IMG/VR virus record: IMGVR_UViG_3300043409_001877
Location: 77,495-141,494 of that record
DNA length: 64,000 nucleotides
From: a virus
Strand: one strand, 5' to 3'
Part shown: one piece after another, positions 1-9,827 of the stretch
Layout: every line of letters begins with the position of its first letter
Numbering within the stretch: the stretch's first letter is position 1
Translations under genes and position numbers: made by a program
The notes under the pieces: model-generated
What the model was told of the DNA's origin: nothing
Seen by the model: the letters and a program-made list of their open reading frames with translations, nothing else
Database searches by the model: none

Positions 1-1919
1 TTAAGTGTTTGCCCAACATTCTTTAAAAAACCATCTTTATCAGCCCAAATAGCTGATATTTTTTCAAATATACCTTTAGCCCAATCAATTACTTTTTTGA
101 AACCCTGAGTTAAGCCTTCGCTACCCATGATATCTTCGCTTATGAATTTAGCTAAACTAGTACCAGCTTTTTCGACCATTGCTAAGAAACTATCAAAATC
201 TTGACTACCAAATAATTTTGTGAATATACTTGAAAACCCCATGATAAATCTATCGTAAATCATTTCCAATCTTTCCATCATATTTTTACGACCAATTGCC
301 GCCTCTTCATTTTTCTTTCTTGAATCTAGTATGGCTTTTAAACCATTCTTATCAGTCATGTTTGCTAATAAAGTTTCAACACCAGCGGAGTTTCTGATTA
401 CATATTGACCTTTCTCATTTAAACTCACTAAATTAGCTAACGCTGGTCTATCATCTTCAGATATCTGCATAAGATTAAATCCAGATTTTTGTAGCATAGC
501 CATTTTATCAGCAATCTTTCTTTGTTCAATAGCTGTTTGTACTGCTTCTTCATAGTTTTGACCTAAAGTTTCAGACGCTATTTTTAATGATTTTCTTTCT
601 TCTGGTGGAATAAAATAATTTCCTTTGGAGTCTTTTTTAACAATTTCTGAAACAGTCGCTGCAAATTTTTCAGCCAAAGCTGTTGGGTCATTCATTGATT
701 CAAAAGCTAACTGCATAGGGTCGCCAAAACTAGCAGCAAATTTACCACCTAATGTTTGCATTCTAGCGGCAGCTTCAACAGCTTTTTCTGGGTCAAAAAA
801 CGCATCAGCAAATGCTTTAGTTGATGCTACGATATCAAATCTAATAGCTGTCGCTTTTGCGGCTAACTTTGTTAAATTTTCTAAACCTTTACCAAAACCA
901 ATACCCGTTAAACTTTTAACTAACCCATCGTATGTTTTTAATACTTTAGTTGTATTAACATTATATCTAGCAGCTAAACCTCTTGCTTTATCGGTTAGGT
1001 TAATTGTTTTTTCAAGTGAAATACCTATGTTTTCAAAACTAGCCGCCATTTCGGAAGCCGCATCAACACCAAGACCTGTGCCCAAACCTAATTCAACTAT
1101 TTTTCCAATTTGGGCTTCATTGAACATCATGTTTTTACCAGTTATTTCACTAAATTGTTGCATAACAGTAACAACATCTTTCATGCTACCACCAAACTTC
1201 ATGGCTGATAAAGTTAACCCAACCATGTTATTCATTAAAACTTTTGATTCAATAGCTGTTAACCCTATATCGGCAGATAAATTACCAACAGCGCTTTGCA
1301 TTTCTAAGAATACATTGAAAGCTGCTTTAAGTGGAGCTAAAAATAATCCAATTATTGTTTTACCAATTGTAAGTAATCCACTAATTATTGAACCAATAAC
1401 GGGAACTGCGCCAACAATACTACCAATACCATCTATAATACCATCAGCCGCTGCACCAATTTGACCACCCTTGGCGCTAAGTTTACCAAGAACTGGTATT
1501 GTTTGGCGCATCTGTTTTAAACCAATTAAGTTTTTTTGATTTTTAATTTGGATTGCATTGTATTGTTTTTTTAATGATTTTGCTTCGGAATCTTTGCCGA
1601 GTTTTTGCGCTTCATGTATCTTTTTTTGTATTCTGATTAAATCTTTTTCAGTTGAGGCTATATCTTTTTTTGCTTTCCTAACTTTATCAGTTTGAGACAT
1701 TATCTTAGCACCAGAACTAACCATCCTTTTCATTACGTTAGCACCCTTATAATCGGATTTTAACATATCTCTTTTGGTTCCAAAGATATCCATTTGTTGT
1801 TCAGCAATTTCTTCCTGAATTTCTTTAAGACGTTCCATGGATATAACGTTGTTCCTAAGTGCCTCTTCCCAAACACCAGCACCAGTCATTAAGTTATTAA
1901 ATAAATCTCCTTGAGCCAT
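1..1919 (-). CDS. Tape measure protein (3' end runs off the window; absent from the ORF track)
   Basis: ATG at 1919 overlaps the upstream stop (TAATG). It reads MAQGDLFNNLMTGAGVWEEALRNN... and is open in the segments I translated, including the window start. Helical Ala/Lys/Gly-rich sequence (DAFFDPEKAVEAAARMQTLGGKFAASFGDPMQLAF), downstream of tube and chaperone genes. Confidence 0.75.
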   Translation of the reverse strand, partial: MAQGDLFNNLMTGAGVWEEALRNNVISMERLKEIQEEIAEQQMDIFGTKRDMLKSDYKGANVMKRMVSSGAKIMSQTDKVRKAKKDIASTEKDLIRIQKKIHEAQKLGKDSEAKSLKKQYNAIQIKNQKNLIGLKQMRQTIPVLGKLSAKGGQIGAAADGIIDGIGSIVGAVPVIGSIISGLLTIGKTIIGLFLAPLKAAFNVFLEMQSAVGNLSADIGLTAIESKVLMNNMVGLTLSAMKFGGSMKDVVTVMQQFSEITGKNMMFNEAQIGKIVELGLGTGLGVDAASEMAASFENIGISLEKTINLTDKARGLAARYNVNTTKVLKTYDGLVKSLTGIGFGKGLENLTKLAAKATAIRFDIVASTKAFADAFFDPEKAVEAAARMQTLGGKFAASFGDPMQLAFESMNDPTALAEKFAATVSEIVKKDSKGNYFIPPEERKSLKIASETLGQNYEEAVQTAIEQRKIADKMAMLQKSGFNLMQISEDDRPALANLVSLNEKGQYVIRNSAGVETLLANMTDKNGLKAILDSRKKNEEAAIGRKNMMERLEMIYDRFIMGFSSIFTKLFGSQDFDSFLAMVEKAGTSLAKFISEDIMGSEGLTQGFKKVIDWAKGIFEKISAIWADKDGFLKNVGQTL

Positions 1920-2557
1920 TAATTAAATTTGATTAAATATTTTGCGCCACTTATATTAGTTATGTCAGATATCTTATATGAAGTTTTATTAGCTGTTAAT
2001 TCATTTATGGAATTAGTAATACCAGCAGCATTTTTAGATGTAAAAAAAGATAGGTTAATACTCATTTCTAATAATTTATTACTTGACATAACTGAATTAA
2101 TAGATATTTCATCGGAAAATAAAAATTCAATTTCTCTACTAGATTGTAAAGATAATTTATTATTAATTTTAAAATTTCTACCATGTTCTGGTTTATAACC
2201 AGAAATAGCGGTAAATGTTGTATCATCTAAATCATCAGTTAAAACATTATATCTTTTTAATAATCTATATATTGGAAAAACATATGACTCATAGTCACTT
2301 GGTAATTGAATTAAATCACCAACAATAACTCTATCAGAACTACCAGAAAAAGCAGATTTAATGTTCTTTTCAGCACTTTTTGCATACGCACCAGCTGAAC
2401 CTAATCTTGTTAAAGTAGTAGCAGCATTGCCACTTTTAGCTATTGCATCAAAATCCTGTTTAGTGTATTGTCCAGGTTTTTCGTCTATTTCATTGATTGT
2501 ACTAAAATCATTATCCTCGATCATTTTAATACGCTGTTTTATTTTTTCTATTGACAT
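1919..2557 (-). CDS. Hypothetical protein, probably late/virion-associated
   Basis: 212-aa ORF coupled to the tape measure gene; TATTTAT motif upstream (2576-2582, minus strand). Confidence 0.7.
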   Translation of the reverse strand: MSIEKIKQRIKMIEDNDFSTINEIDEKPGQYTKQDFDAIAKSGNAATTLTRLGSAGAYAKSAEKNIKSAFSGSSDRVIVGDLIQLPSDYESYVFPIYRLLKRYNVLTDDLDDTTFTAISGYKPEHGRNFKINNKLSLQSSREIEFLFSDEISINSVMSSNKLLEMSINLSFFTSKNAAGITNSINELTANKTSYKISDITNISGAKYLIKFN

Positions 2558-2592
2558 GAGCTTTTATTGTTTATTATAAATAGTTTTAAATT

Positions 2593-2618
2593 AAAAAAAC
2601 CCACGAAATTGTGGGTTT
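2593..2618 (-). terminator. Intrinsic terminator
   Basis: AAACCCAC-gaaatt-GTGGGTTT hairpin with a U-run on the minus strand, just after the stop at 2623. Confidence 0.75.
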
Positions 2619-2622
2619 AGTT

Positions 2623-2871
2623 TTATTTTCTTTTAGAGTTAGCTTTTGCTTGTTCTCTTTCTCTATGGTCTTTAACTTTTTTGTTTTCATCCATTAGAAT
2701 ATCAATAAAAGCCCTTCTTTCGTATACTGGCATATGTAGTATGTCAGCGTAACTAAAATTACCGTGTTTTATAAGAACATAGAATTCGTAAAGAACGTCT
2801 TTCTTATAAGTCGAGGTAGGGCCAAAGAAACTTTGAGGTAATTGGAAGTTCACCAAAAAAAAATTCACCAC
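2623..2871 (-). CDS. Probable frameshift-accessed C-terminal extension of the tail assembly chaperone
   Basis: Overlaps the 3' end of 2804..3556 in the +1/-2 frame and has only a weak GTG start. Protein-like part: YKKDVLYEFYVLIKHGNFSYADILHMPVYERRAFI. Confidence 0.6.
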   Translation of the reverse strand: MVNFFLVNFQLPQSFFGPTSTYKKDVLYEFYVLIKHGNFSYADILHMPVYERRAFIDILMDENKKVKDHREREQAKANSKRK

Positions 2872-3556
2872 TAGGTGCTTGTATGTTAATGTCCAAATCT
2901 AAACCAGGTTCATTGTCGTTAATGTACTTTCGTAATTGACCTGAGTCGCTAACTGGCATTTGATCAATGAATCCTTGAATCTGTGCTCTGTCCCTTGTCC
3001 CTTCAATTTCAGTGATCTGTGCAGCTAATCTCATTGTTAATAACTGTGAAATAGCATTGGTACCTAATTTTCTACGTCTAGCTTCATCTTCTTTAACTAA
3101 TTTATCATCTTCATCAGCTGTTAAGTATCTGAATTTAATTTTCTTCTTAGTTTTAGGTAAAAAGAAATCACATTCCCCATTTTCGTCAGGTTCAAGTGTA
3201 ATCTCTTTTGAAATGAATTGACTTAAATCAATCTCTGTTTCAAATTTACTACCAGTCTTAGGGTCTGTAAGTTCAACTGGGTACATTTCACCGTAACCCG
3301 TAGCTCTTAAAAAGAATAAGATTGCATTTTTATCCCCAGAAAGCATTTGACCTGGTTTAATATCCTGATCGATAACTTTTCTATCCAATAAAACATCAAT
3401 AACTTTACCATTCTGTAAAAGGTTTGGTGAGGTTAAGATATTTTCATCAGCAGCGGTCAAATAAGCCACTTTAACGGTTGATTTTTTATTTTTGTAGAAT
3501 CTACCTTGGGAAGGTAAACTAATCACGTCATGCGCTGGTTCCATCATTGTATCCAT
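2804..3556 (-). CDS. Tail assembly chaperone / T4 gp26-like baseplate hub assembly protein
   Basis: Motifs LPSQGRFY, YLTAADENIL, GDKNAILFFLRATGYG, FRYLT and PGLD; position between the tube and tape measure genes. Confidence 0.7.
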   Translation of the reverse strand: MDTMMEPAHDVISLPSQGRFYKNKKSTVKVAYLTAADENILTSPNLLQNGKVIDVLLDRKVIDQDIKPGQMLSGDKNAILFFLRATGYGEMYPVELTDPKTGSKFETEIDLSQFISKEITLEPDENGECDFFLPKTKKKIKFRYLTADEDDKLVKEDEARRRKLGTNAISQLLTMRLAAQITEIEGTRDRAQIQGFIDQMPVSDSGQLRKYINDNEPGLDLDINIQAPSGEFFFGELPITSKFLWPYLDL

Positions 3557-3687
3557 AATATTTGTATTTATATTTTAATTATAATCTTTTATTAAATAGT
3601 GTAAACTATATTTTTTATTTTTTTACCGTTTATTTGGATTTTGACGTTACACCCAAATATAAGTACTTATAATAATAATAATTAATT

Positions 3688-4086
3688 ATGGCTAAAAAGA
3701 AAGGTAAAATAGGTAAATTATTTAAAAAAATGAAAGGTACGTCAAATCTTGAAGTATCTTTTGCTGATTTGCTTGATAAATTGGGAGTTAAATATGAGCA
3801 ACACTTTGTATTTAAAAAAAGAGAATATGATTTTTTATTGAATGATCATAATATATTAATTGAAACACATGGTTGTTTTTTTCATTGTTGTAAGGAACAT
3901 AACCCAGAAGCTAAATACGCATTCCAAAGAAAAAATTTAAAGAATGATCAATACAAAGTAAAATTGGTTAAATTTGATAAAACCTATACTTTATTGGTAA
4001 TTTGGGAACATGAGATAGAAAAGAAAAAATTACTAACCGAAAAAATAAATACCTTTATTGAAAAGTATACGGTACTTAATGGATAA
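3688..4086 (+). CDS. Vsr/DUF559-like endonuclease
   Basis: YDF..LIETHGCFFH..ND..K..LLVIWEHE pattern typical of Vsr-like nucleases. Confidence 0.7.
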   Translation: MAKKKGKIGKLFKKMKGTSNLEVSFADLLDKLGVKYEQHFVFKKREYDFLLNDHNILIETHGCFFHCCKEHNPEAKYAFQRKNLKNDQYKVKLVKFDKTYTLLVIWEHEIEKKKLLTEKINTFIEKYTVLNG

Positions 4087-4127
4087 AAAAAGACCCGCTT
4101 GCTGATCTTACGGTAAGCAAAACGGGT
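4085..4127 (-). terminator. Intrinsic terminator after the tail tube gene
   Basis: Minus strand ACCCG..TTGCT..GTAA loop..AGCAA.CGGGT followed by C and T7; lies between convergent genes. Confidence 0.6.
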
Positions 4128-4154
4128 ACTGTTATATAAAATTTTAAAAAAGTA

Positions 4155-4643
4155 TTAGTAAACTAAGATACATCTATCAGGTCTTAGAGTTACCGTGATT
4201 TCAGCGATATCTTCAGAGCTATAATCTAATGAGCCAAAGTCAGCGTTTGTGATAAACGTTCCTTGTAGAATCCATTTTTCAACAACAACACCTGTCGGAT
4301 CTAACATCTCCAATTCAATATCTTTCTTATAACCTGCTGCATAACCCATACGTCCTGTAACAGACTCGGCATGTAAACGCACCCACTCCATTAAAGCTTG
4401 AGCGGCTGAAGGGCCTATAGGATCTTTAAAAGTTACATCGATTGATTCCCAGTTAAATCTACCTGCAACATATGTTGAAGTATTTAAGAATGGTATCTCA
4501 ACTTCACCAATAGTAATCTTTGGTCTTGAAGATGAAATTACAAACCACTCGTTAATACCTAGTGAACTCGGAAATCTTAAAATAAACCTGTTCTGCTTTT
4601 TTGGTTCGTAAGGAACAGGCATTTTCATTAATAAATTAGCCAT
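4155..4643 (-). CDS. Tail tube protein (T4 gp19-like)
   Basis: YEPKKQNRF, YVAGRFNWESIDVTFKDPI, LEMLDPTGVVVEKWILQGTF and FGSLDY; directly downstream of the sheath gene. Confidence 0.9.
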   Translation of the reverse strand: MANLLMKMPVPYEPKKQNRFILRFPSSLGINEWFVISSSRPKITIGEVEIPFLNTSTYVAGRFNWESIDVTFKDPIGPSAAQALMEWVRLHAESVTGRMGYAAGYKKDIELEMLDPTGVVVEKWILQGTFITNADFGSLDYSSEDIAEITVTLRPDRCILVY

Positions 4644-4678
4644 AATTTTGTATTTTTTTAATTTGTGTTATTTCTTTA

Positions 4679-4694
4679 TATAAATATCTAGCAA
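4679..4694 (-). promoter_or_regulatory. Putative late promoter of the tail tube gene
   Basis: Minus-strand TTGCTAGATATTTATA, identical over 16 nt to 21650-21665 (+). Confidence 0.65.
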
Positions 4695-4767
4695 TATTGC
4701 TTTGTTCTGATACTTTTTTATTTATTTTTGCTTTTATTATAAATAGTTCAATATTTTTTTTAAAACG

Positions 4768-4799
4768 CTTGACTTTACAATTTATTTTTCCTAATATTG
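4768..4799 (+). promoter_or_regulatory. Host-type promoter with no obvious downstream gene
   Basis: CTTG-N20-TAATATTG, with the same spacing as the other host-type promoters in the window. Confidence 0.5.
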
Positions 4800-4894
4800 T
4801 ATAGGGCCTTTAGTTATGGTTCTGTTTAATGGTTCTTTATATAATAACAATATTAATAATAAATACTTTAATAAACATATAAATAGGCCCTATA
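4800..4894. repeat. 10-bp inverted repeat enclosing an AT-rich spacer
   Basis: TATAGGGCCT (4800-4809) and AGGCCCTATA (4885-4894); internal direct repeat ATGGTTCT at 4816 and 4829. Confidence 0.7.
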
Positions 4895-4936
4895 TTATAT
4901 AGGAATTTTTTATTGATTTTTCAAATTTTAATTTAT

Positions 4937-4968
4937 AAAAAAACCCAGTTTTTACGCTGGGTTCTTTA
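4937..4968. terminator. Probable bidirectional terminator after the sheath gene
   Basis: AACCCAG-N8-CTGGGTT flanked by an A-run and a T-rich tract. Confidence 0.7.
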
Positions 4969-5000
4969 TTTTTATCTTTTTTTTAAATTAAACTACTCAA

Positions 5001-8000
5001 TTATAAGTTATCGAAAGATACACTTGTAGGTGTTACTACGAATTCTAATTCAATAAATTCTAATGTAGGTGTTGGTTTAATATAAATTTTACCTCTTAAA
5101 GTATTTCTATCAGTATCTTCAACATCATTTACCAAAGAAACTCTAAAGTCAGTTAAACCTCTTTCTTTTCTGATATTATCCAAGATAGGATTTACCAATG
5201 ATAAGAATTGACTTCTAACTTGTGCATCATTTGGATCAAATAATAATCTATTAGCTACAGCTACAATTAATTTTCTTGCTTGTAACAATAATCTTCTGAT
5301 ATTTAATCTATTCATTGCACTATCTTTAACTTGTAAGTTTCTATTACCCCAAATTACAGTTCCAACGTCAGAGAATGTAGCGATAGGGTTAATTCTACCT
5401 GGATATAATATATCTCTAGACTCTTGATCTAATTGAATACGAGCTCTAATACAACTTACTAAACCTCTATTGTAACCTGCTGTTGCAAACCAAGGGTGAG
5501 CCACATTATCAGTGAAAGCTAAATTCTTAACAACTTCAGCTGTTGGTGGAATAAACACGTTAGCGTTATTCTCAACATCAGAAATCTGAATCCAAGGATA
5601 GTATATTGCTGTGTAATTCGAATCAATTTCAGTTGCTGTTAATTCGTCAATAATATCAGCTGGATAAAGCCAATCTTCACTATTAGAAGGATTAGAGTTA
5701 CCAATTAATTTCATATCTGGTAATGTTGGTAAGTAAATTGAGTCCATTCTCTTCTCTTCAACAATCTCAATAGTATCTCTAACTAAATCAGTGTTATTGA
5801 TTATGTCAATACCTGGAGTTGCTAAGATATTAATTGTAGTTTGTTCAGGATTTTCAAATGTCTTAACACCATAAATTGTAGCATAATAATCTGAAGTACC
5901 AAACGTATCATTATATTCTACACTTGTAAATGTATCAAATCCGCTTTGAACAAATCCAGTTCTACCAATTTTATATTCGTCAGTATTTGTTCTTTGATCT
6001 CTATAAACATCAAAACCATCAAAACCACCAGAGAATAAAGCTGTGAACTTTCTAGTCTTCATATCGTAATATGGGTGTGTTGGTGTTGAAGCGATTAATA
6101 CAGGGTCAGTAAATGAACCATAACCAGTTGCAAATACAACATCACCACTAGCATCTACAATTGCACTAGCGTTAATGTCCATATGGAAACCTTTTGTTTT
6201 TGTATCCCAATCTAAACCATCATTATATGTGTTATCACCAGGAGTTGCTGATCTCTTACCCTTAAAATTTAATAAATCTTTATCAAAACCATATTCAGTA
6301 TCTGTAAAACCTAAGAATACTTTTCTAATTTTATCACCAGTTGAATAAATTGGTAATGCAAATGGCGGGTTAACAATTAATTCACCAGGTGCGTAATATT
6401 TTGTTTTGTAAGGTAACTCTGGAACACCAATATAACTAGAATCAGTTGAACCAGTACCAGTAGCTCTAAAATCATAACCTTCAAAACCAGAAGCAACTCC
6501 ATCAATTGGAGCGTTTTCAGCCATTTCAGCAACAATATAAGAACTCTTTAAAGGATATTTGTTATCAATTGTACCAATTTTTCTACCAATGTAGCTATCA
6601 GATGTCTCATCCATAGAAACACCTAAGAATCTTTCTAAGTAAACTGGTGTTTTATCAGAATCACCAAATGATCTTAAATAAACATCAAATGTTTTTTTAT
6701 CTAAATCAACATTACCTATTGAAACTTTAATTTCTGTATTAGCGTTACTACCATCAGATATAGAAATAAATCTAAATAATCTTTGTGGTAAACCACCTCT
6801 TAATTCAGAAACAAAGAAAGGTGTTGCTGGTGATTGGAATTGGAATTTATAATGATCCCAATCGTTTACAGTTAATAATTCATAATGTAAACCTTTAATT
6901 TCACCAAAAGTCCAACCTTTTCTCAATATTGAATCGTAAACATCCTCAACAAATAAGTAAGTATCTTTATCAGAAGCTGTAGAACCTAATACGTTTTTAA
7001 TGTAATTCTTTTTATTCTTATCTAATGAAACAGAATAAACAAAATCAGTTCCACCAGTTGTTGTTCCTGTAATATCAAATGTAGCAAAAGGATTCGATCC
7101 CGCTGCTGTAAATTGATCGTAACCAACTGTTGTTGAATCAACGTGGTAACCTAATTGATTAACAATGTAAGTACCTCTACTTTTTAATGTAGAAACTAAT
7201 TTTTTGTGATATTTTTCATTAGGTGTTGCTGTAAACTCATAAGTTCTTAAGGTAGTTGTACCTGTAATAGTGCTAACACCAGACGTACCAATGTCGTAGT
7301 TATATAAAGCAAAACCGTAACCAGTATAAGTGTCAGTTGTCTCATCATAACTAAATTCATTAATTAAAATGTTATCAGTTCTATCACTAGTCGGAATACC
7401 AAGTGGTAATTCATAACCATCAACAAATACAGGATTTGCAGGCCCAGAACCAGTTAAAGTTTGAGCGTTTCTATCAGTAGTTAAATCAGTAACCTCAGTT
7501 GAATCTAAAATACCCCAATAGAATGCGTTATTTTTATACCAATCCTTAGTAGTATAACTAAGTGTTGAAAAGAATCTGTAGTAAGCTGTGTCGAATTTAG
7601 TTGAATCAATACCGCTTAAAGTAGCAATATGATCAATTAATTCAGTAGAAGTGCCCGCAAGTTGGAATGGATTTTGAACTCCAGCTGTAATCGTGGTATC
7701 AATTTCAAAATCAAATGTAACATCACTTGATGTAAACTCCAATGTAGTTTTGTCAACAGTACCGATTGTTCTGATAGCATAAGACATACCGCCTTCATAA
7801 CCAGAAAGACCTAATACACGTGTCACGTATAATTGGTTAGATTGACCCAAGTAAGATTTTGCTATGTATGGTAATTCATACTTAACAATTTGAGTATTTT
7901 TAAATTTTTCTGGGCTTGTACCTCCAAAAGATAATTTAAATTCATCATAATTTCTGATGAACATTGGTTGGAATGCAGGCCCTTTCTTAGTTTCACCAAC

Positions 8001-8096
8001 TAATCCTAGGGTTGTAACACCGATTGTTTCAGTTGTGAATGTTAAATCTTTTTCCGATGTATAAACACCTGGTGATGCATAAACTTTGTTTGCCAT
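5001..8096 (-). CDS. Tail sheath protein (T4 gp18-like), 1031 aa
   Basis: N-terminal SPGVYTSEKD and GETKKGPAF; C-terminal YYPW, PWFATAGYNRG, INPI, RLNIRRLL and IKPTPTLEFI. Confidence 0.95.
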   Translation of the reverse strand: MANKVYASPGVYTSEKDLTFTTETIGVTTLGLVGETKKGPAFQPMFIRNYDEFKLSFGGTSPEKFKNTQIVKYELPYIAKSYLGQSNQLYVTRVLGLSGYEGGMSYAIRTIGTVDKTTLEFTSSDVTFDFEIDTTITAGVQNPFQLAGTSTELIDHIATLSGIDSTKFDTAYYRFFSTLSYTTKDWYKNNAFYWGILDSTEVTDLTTDRNAQTLTGSGPANPVFVDGYELPLGIPTSDRTDNILINEFSYDETTDTYTGYGFALYNYDIGTSGVSTITGTTTLRTYEFTATPNEKYHKKLVSTLKSRGTYIVNQLGYHVDSTTVGYDQFTAAGSNPFATFDITGTTTGGTDFVYSVSLDKNKKNYIKNVLGSTASDKDTYLFVEDVYDSILRKGWTFGEIKGLHYELLTVNDWDHYKFQFQSPATPFFVSELRGGLPQRLFRFISISDGSNANTEIKVSIGNVDLDKKTFDVYLRSFGDSDKTPVYLERFLGVSMDETSDSYIGRKIGTIDNKYPLKSSYIVAEMAENAPIDGVASGFEGYDFRATGTGSTDSSYIGVPELPYKTKYYAPGELIVNPPFALPIYSTGDKIRKVFLGFTDTEYGFDKDLLNFKGKRSATPGDNTYNDGLDWDTKTKGFHMDINASAIVDASGDVVFATGYGSFTDPVLIASTPTHPYYDMKTRKFTALFSGGFDGFDVYRDQRTNTDEYKIGRTGFVQSGFDTFTSVEYNDTFGTSDYYATIYGVKTFENPEQTTINILATPGIDIINNTDLVRDTIEIVEEKRMDSIYLPTLPDMKLIGNSNPSNSEDWLYPADIIDELTATEIDSNYTAIYYPWIQISDVENNANVFIPPTAEVVKNLAFTDNVAHPWFATAGYNRGLVSCIRARIQLDQESRDILYPGRINPIATFSDVGTVIWGNRNLQVKDSAMNRLNIRRLLLQARKLIVAVANRLLFDPNDAQVRSQFLSLVNPILDNIRKERGLTDFRVSLVNDVEDTDRNTLRGKIYIKPTPTLEFIELEFVVTPTSVSFDNL

Positions 8097-8140
8097 ATTT
8101 GTTAATTTTTAATTTTTTTTTATTTACCTTGTTACTAACA

Positions 8141-8147
8141 ATAAATA
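8141..8147 (-). promoter_or_regulatory. Putative late promoter of the sheath gene
   Basis: TATTTAT on the coding strand ~45 nt upstream of the ATG. Confidence 0.55.
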
Positions 8148-8204
8148 TCTGTGTTTTTTTCAAAAAACAACAAATACACTTTACTTTCTAAAATAATTTA
8201 TTTA

Positions 8205-9266
8205 TCACCTCTTTAATTTGATAGTTATTGGATGATTAGCAGAACCAACCGCTTTAGATTGCCCTGTGATTTCATAAGTACCAGTCTCAAAACCACTAAC
8301 ACCTAACCCCGCTAATTTTGATATTTTTGTCCCAGAATCAATAGTTAGAGCTTTACCCTTATCATCATAAGCGATCCCACTTAAAGACATTCCTTTTAAA
8401 ATAGGCCCGCCAGAAATAAATGAAATAACCACCAATTCTAATGTTGGTGAAATATAACCCAAAATAGTAGAAGTTTTTGCTTTAGTAACATTTCCACCAC
8501 CCTCAACCATAGTAAATGTCCTATTTATTCCAGGAGTTACCTCAAAATCCTCAGGATCCAATATAAAACCTTGTAACATAAAAGAATATACTTGAACATA
8601 AAATCTTTTATTGTCTAAATCCGTGATTTTACTCTCATCTGAGGTGTCTTCTAAAACTATTGGTATATAATGACCATTTACTATTGTGTAAGCTTGTCTG
8701 CTTTGGAAATTCTTTAATATGATTGTATTAAATTTATTAAGGTCTTGTTGTCTATAAGCAAATATTCTTACATCATATGAAATATCAATTGGTACTGGTT
8801 GTGGTATTGTGTAAACATCAACACCTTTTCTATTACCATCCCAAGTAGGAACTTCAGCGTAGGTATAATTCCTACCTTGAGGTACATTATATATTAGGGC
8901 TGGGTTTGATCCTGGTTTAGTATCTGGTTGTCTTACTATATTTACAAATGGTATTTTAACATTCTTATATTCGTCAGAAAATTTCCATGTTTTTGAAAAC
9001 TCATTCCATTTTTGAATACCCATCATAAATACAGGCACTCTTTCACCATTTAATGTTAAAGCCATTGTATCAGTTACAAACTCCTTAAAACCAGCATCTA
9101 AATCAATATGCATAACACCTCTTGGTAAATAAGCATCTTTATCGATTATCATATCCTTCATGTTTTCAGCGGCAGCACTTTCCATTCTGAAATTTTCAGT
9201 ATATTCGGTACTTTGCCTATCCCTAGTTAGGTTTATCTTTTTTTTATATTTTCCTGGTAAAGCCAT
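8205..9266 (-). CDS. Tail terminator/completion protein (gp15-like) with a C-terminal extension
   Basis: Position between head completion and sheath genes; PQPVPIDISYDVRIF-type core. Confidence 0.6.
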   Translation of the reverse strand: MALPGKYKKKINLTRDRQSTEYTENFRMESAAAENMKDMIIDKDAYLPRGVMHIDLDAGFKEFVTDTMALTLNGERVPVFMMGIQKWNEFSKTWKFSDEYKNVKIPFVNIVRQPDTKPGSNPALIYNVPQGRNYTYAEVPTWDGNRKGVDVYTIPQPVPIDISYDVRIFAYRQQDLNKFNTIILKNFQSRQAYTIVNGHYIPIVLEDTSDESKITDLDNKRFYVQVYSFMLQGFILDPEDFEVTPGINRTFTMVEGGGNVTKAKTSTILGYISPTLELVVISFISGGPILKGMSLSGIAYDDKGKALTIDSGTKISKLAGLGVSGFETGTYEITGQSKAVGSANHPITIKLKR

Positions 9267-9268
9267 TT

Positions 9269-9790
9269 TTATAAACCGTTAAATTGATTTGGGTCAACTG
9301 TTACACATTGTACGGTGGTAAAATAACTTCTAAAACCATACATAGTACTTGCATTATCCACATTTATTTCACCATCATCAAACACTTCAAAATATTTCAT
9401 ATCTTTTTCACTGGTTGAATAACCAATAATATCACCATACGATATTTTAACATTTTTATCACTTAATTCTTTATTTAAAACAGTAAAAACTAAATTACCA
9501 TGTTCTTGATATCTTAACGAACCATTATCACCATATGTTTTATTTTCAGCATCATCTAATTTAGGTAATACGTTCAACTCAACGGGAGATAAAAATCTAA
9601 TTTCACGTGATTCACTCTCCCCATAAACATCATCACTGTTACTATTAACTCTATCTATTCTATATAAAACAACCCTAAAATTAGCATCTTCATTAATTAC
9701 CTCCATAGCCATATCCAGATCAGTTTGATAATCAATGTCATCATAATACCTAGAAAGTCGTGTGATTGGTATGCGATTCTTACGTTCCAT
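9269..9790 (-). CDS. Head completion/neck protein (gp14-like)
   Basis: VVLYRID..DDVYGES..F..PVEL..GDII..YFEV pattern and synteny. Confidence 0.6.
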   Translation of the reverse strand: MERKNRIPITRLSRYYDDIDYQTDLDMAMEVINEDANFRVVLYRIDRVNSNSDDVYGESESREIRFLSPVELNVLPKLDDAENKTYGDNGSLRYQEHGNLVFTVLNKELSDKNVKISYGDIIGYSTSEKDMKYFEVFDDGEINVDNASTMYGFRSYFTTVQCVTVDPNQFNGL

Positions 9791-9803
9791 TTAGTTTTTT
9801 TAT

Positions 9804-9810
9804 ATAAATA
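9804..9810 (-). promoter_or_regulatory. Putative late promoter
   Basis: TATTTAT on the coding strand 14 nt upstream of ATG 9790. Confidence 0.55.
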
Positions 9811-9827
9811 GTCTAATAAGAACCTAT

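Noticed and set aside
625-1464. 279-aa plus-strand ORF
   Set aside because: It is the antisense shadow of the tape measure gene on the minus strand.
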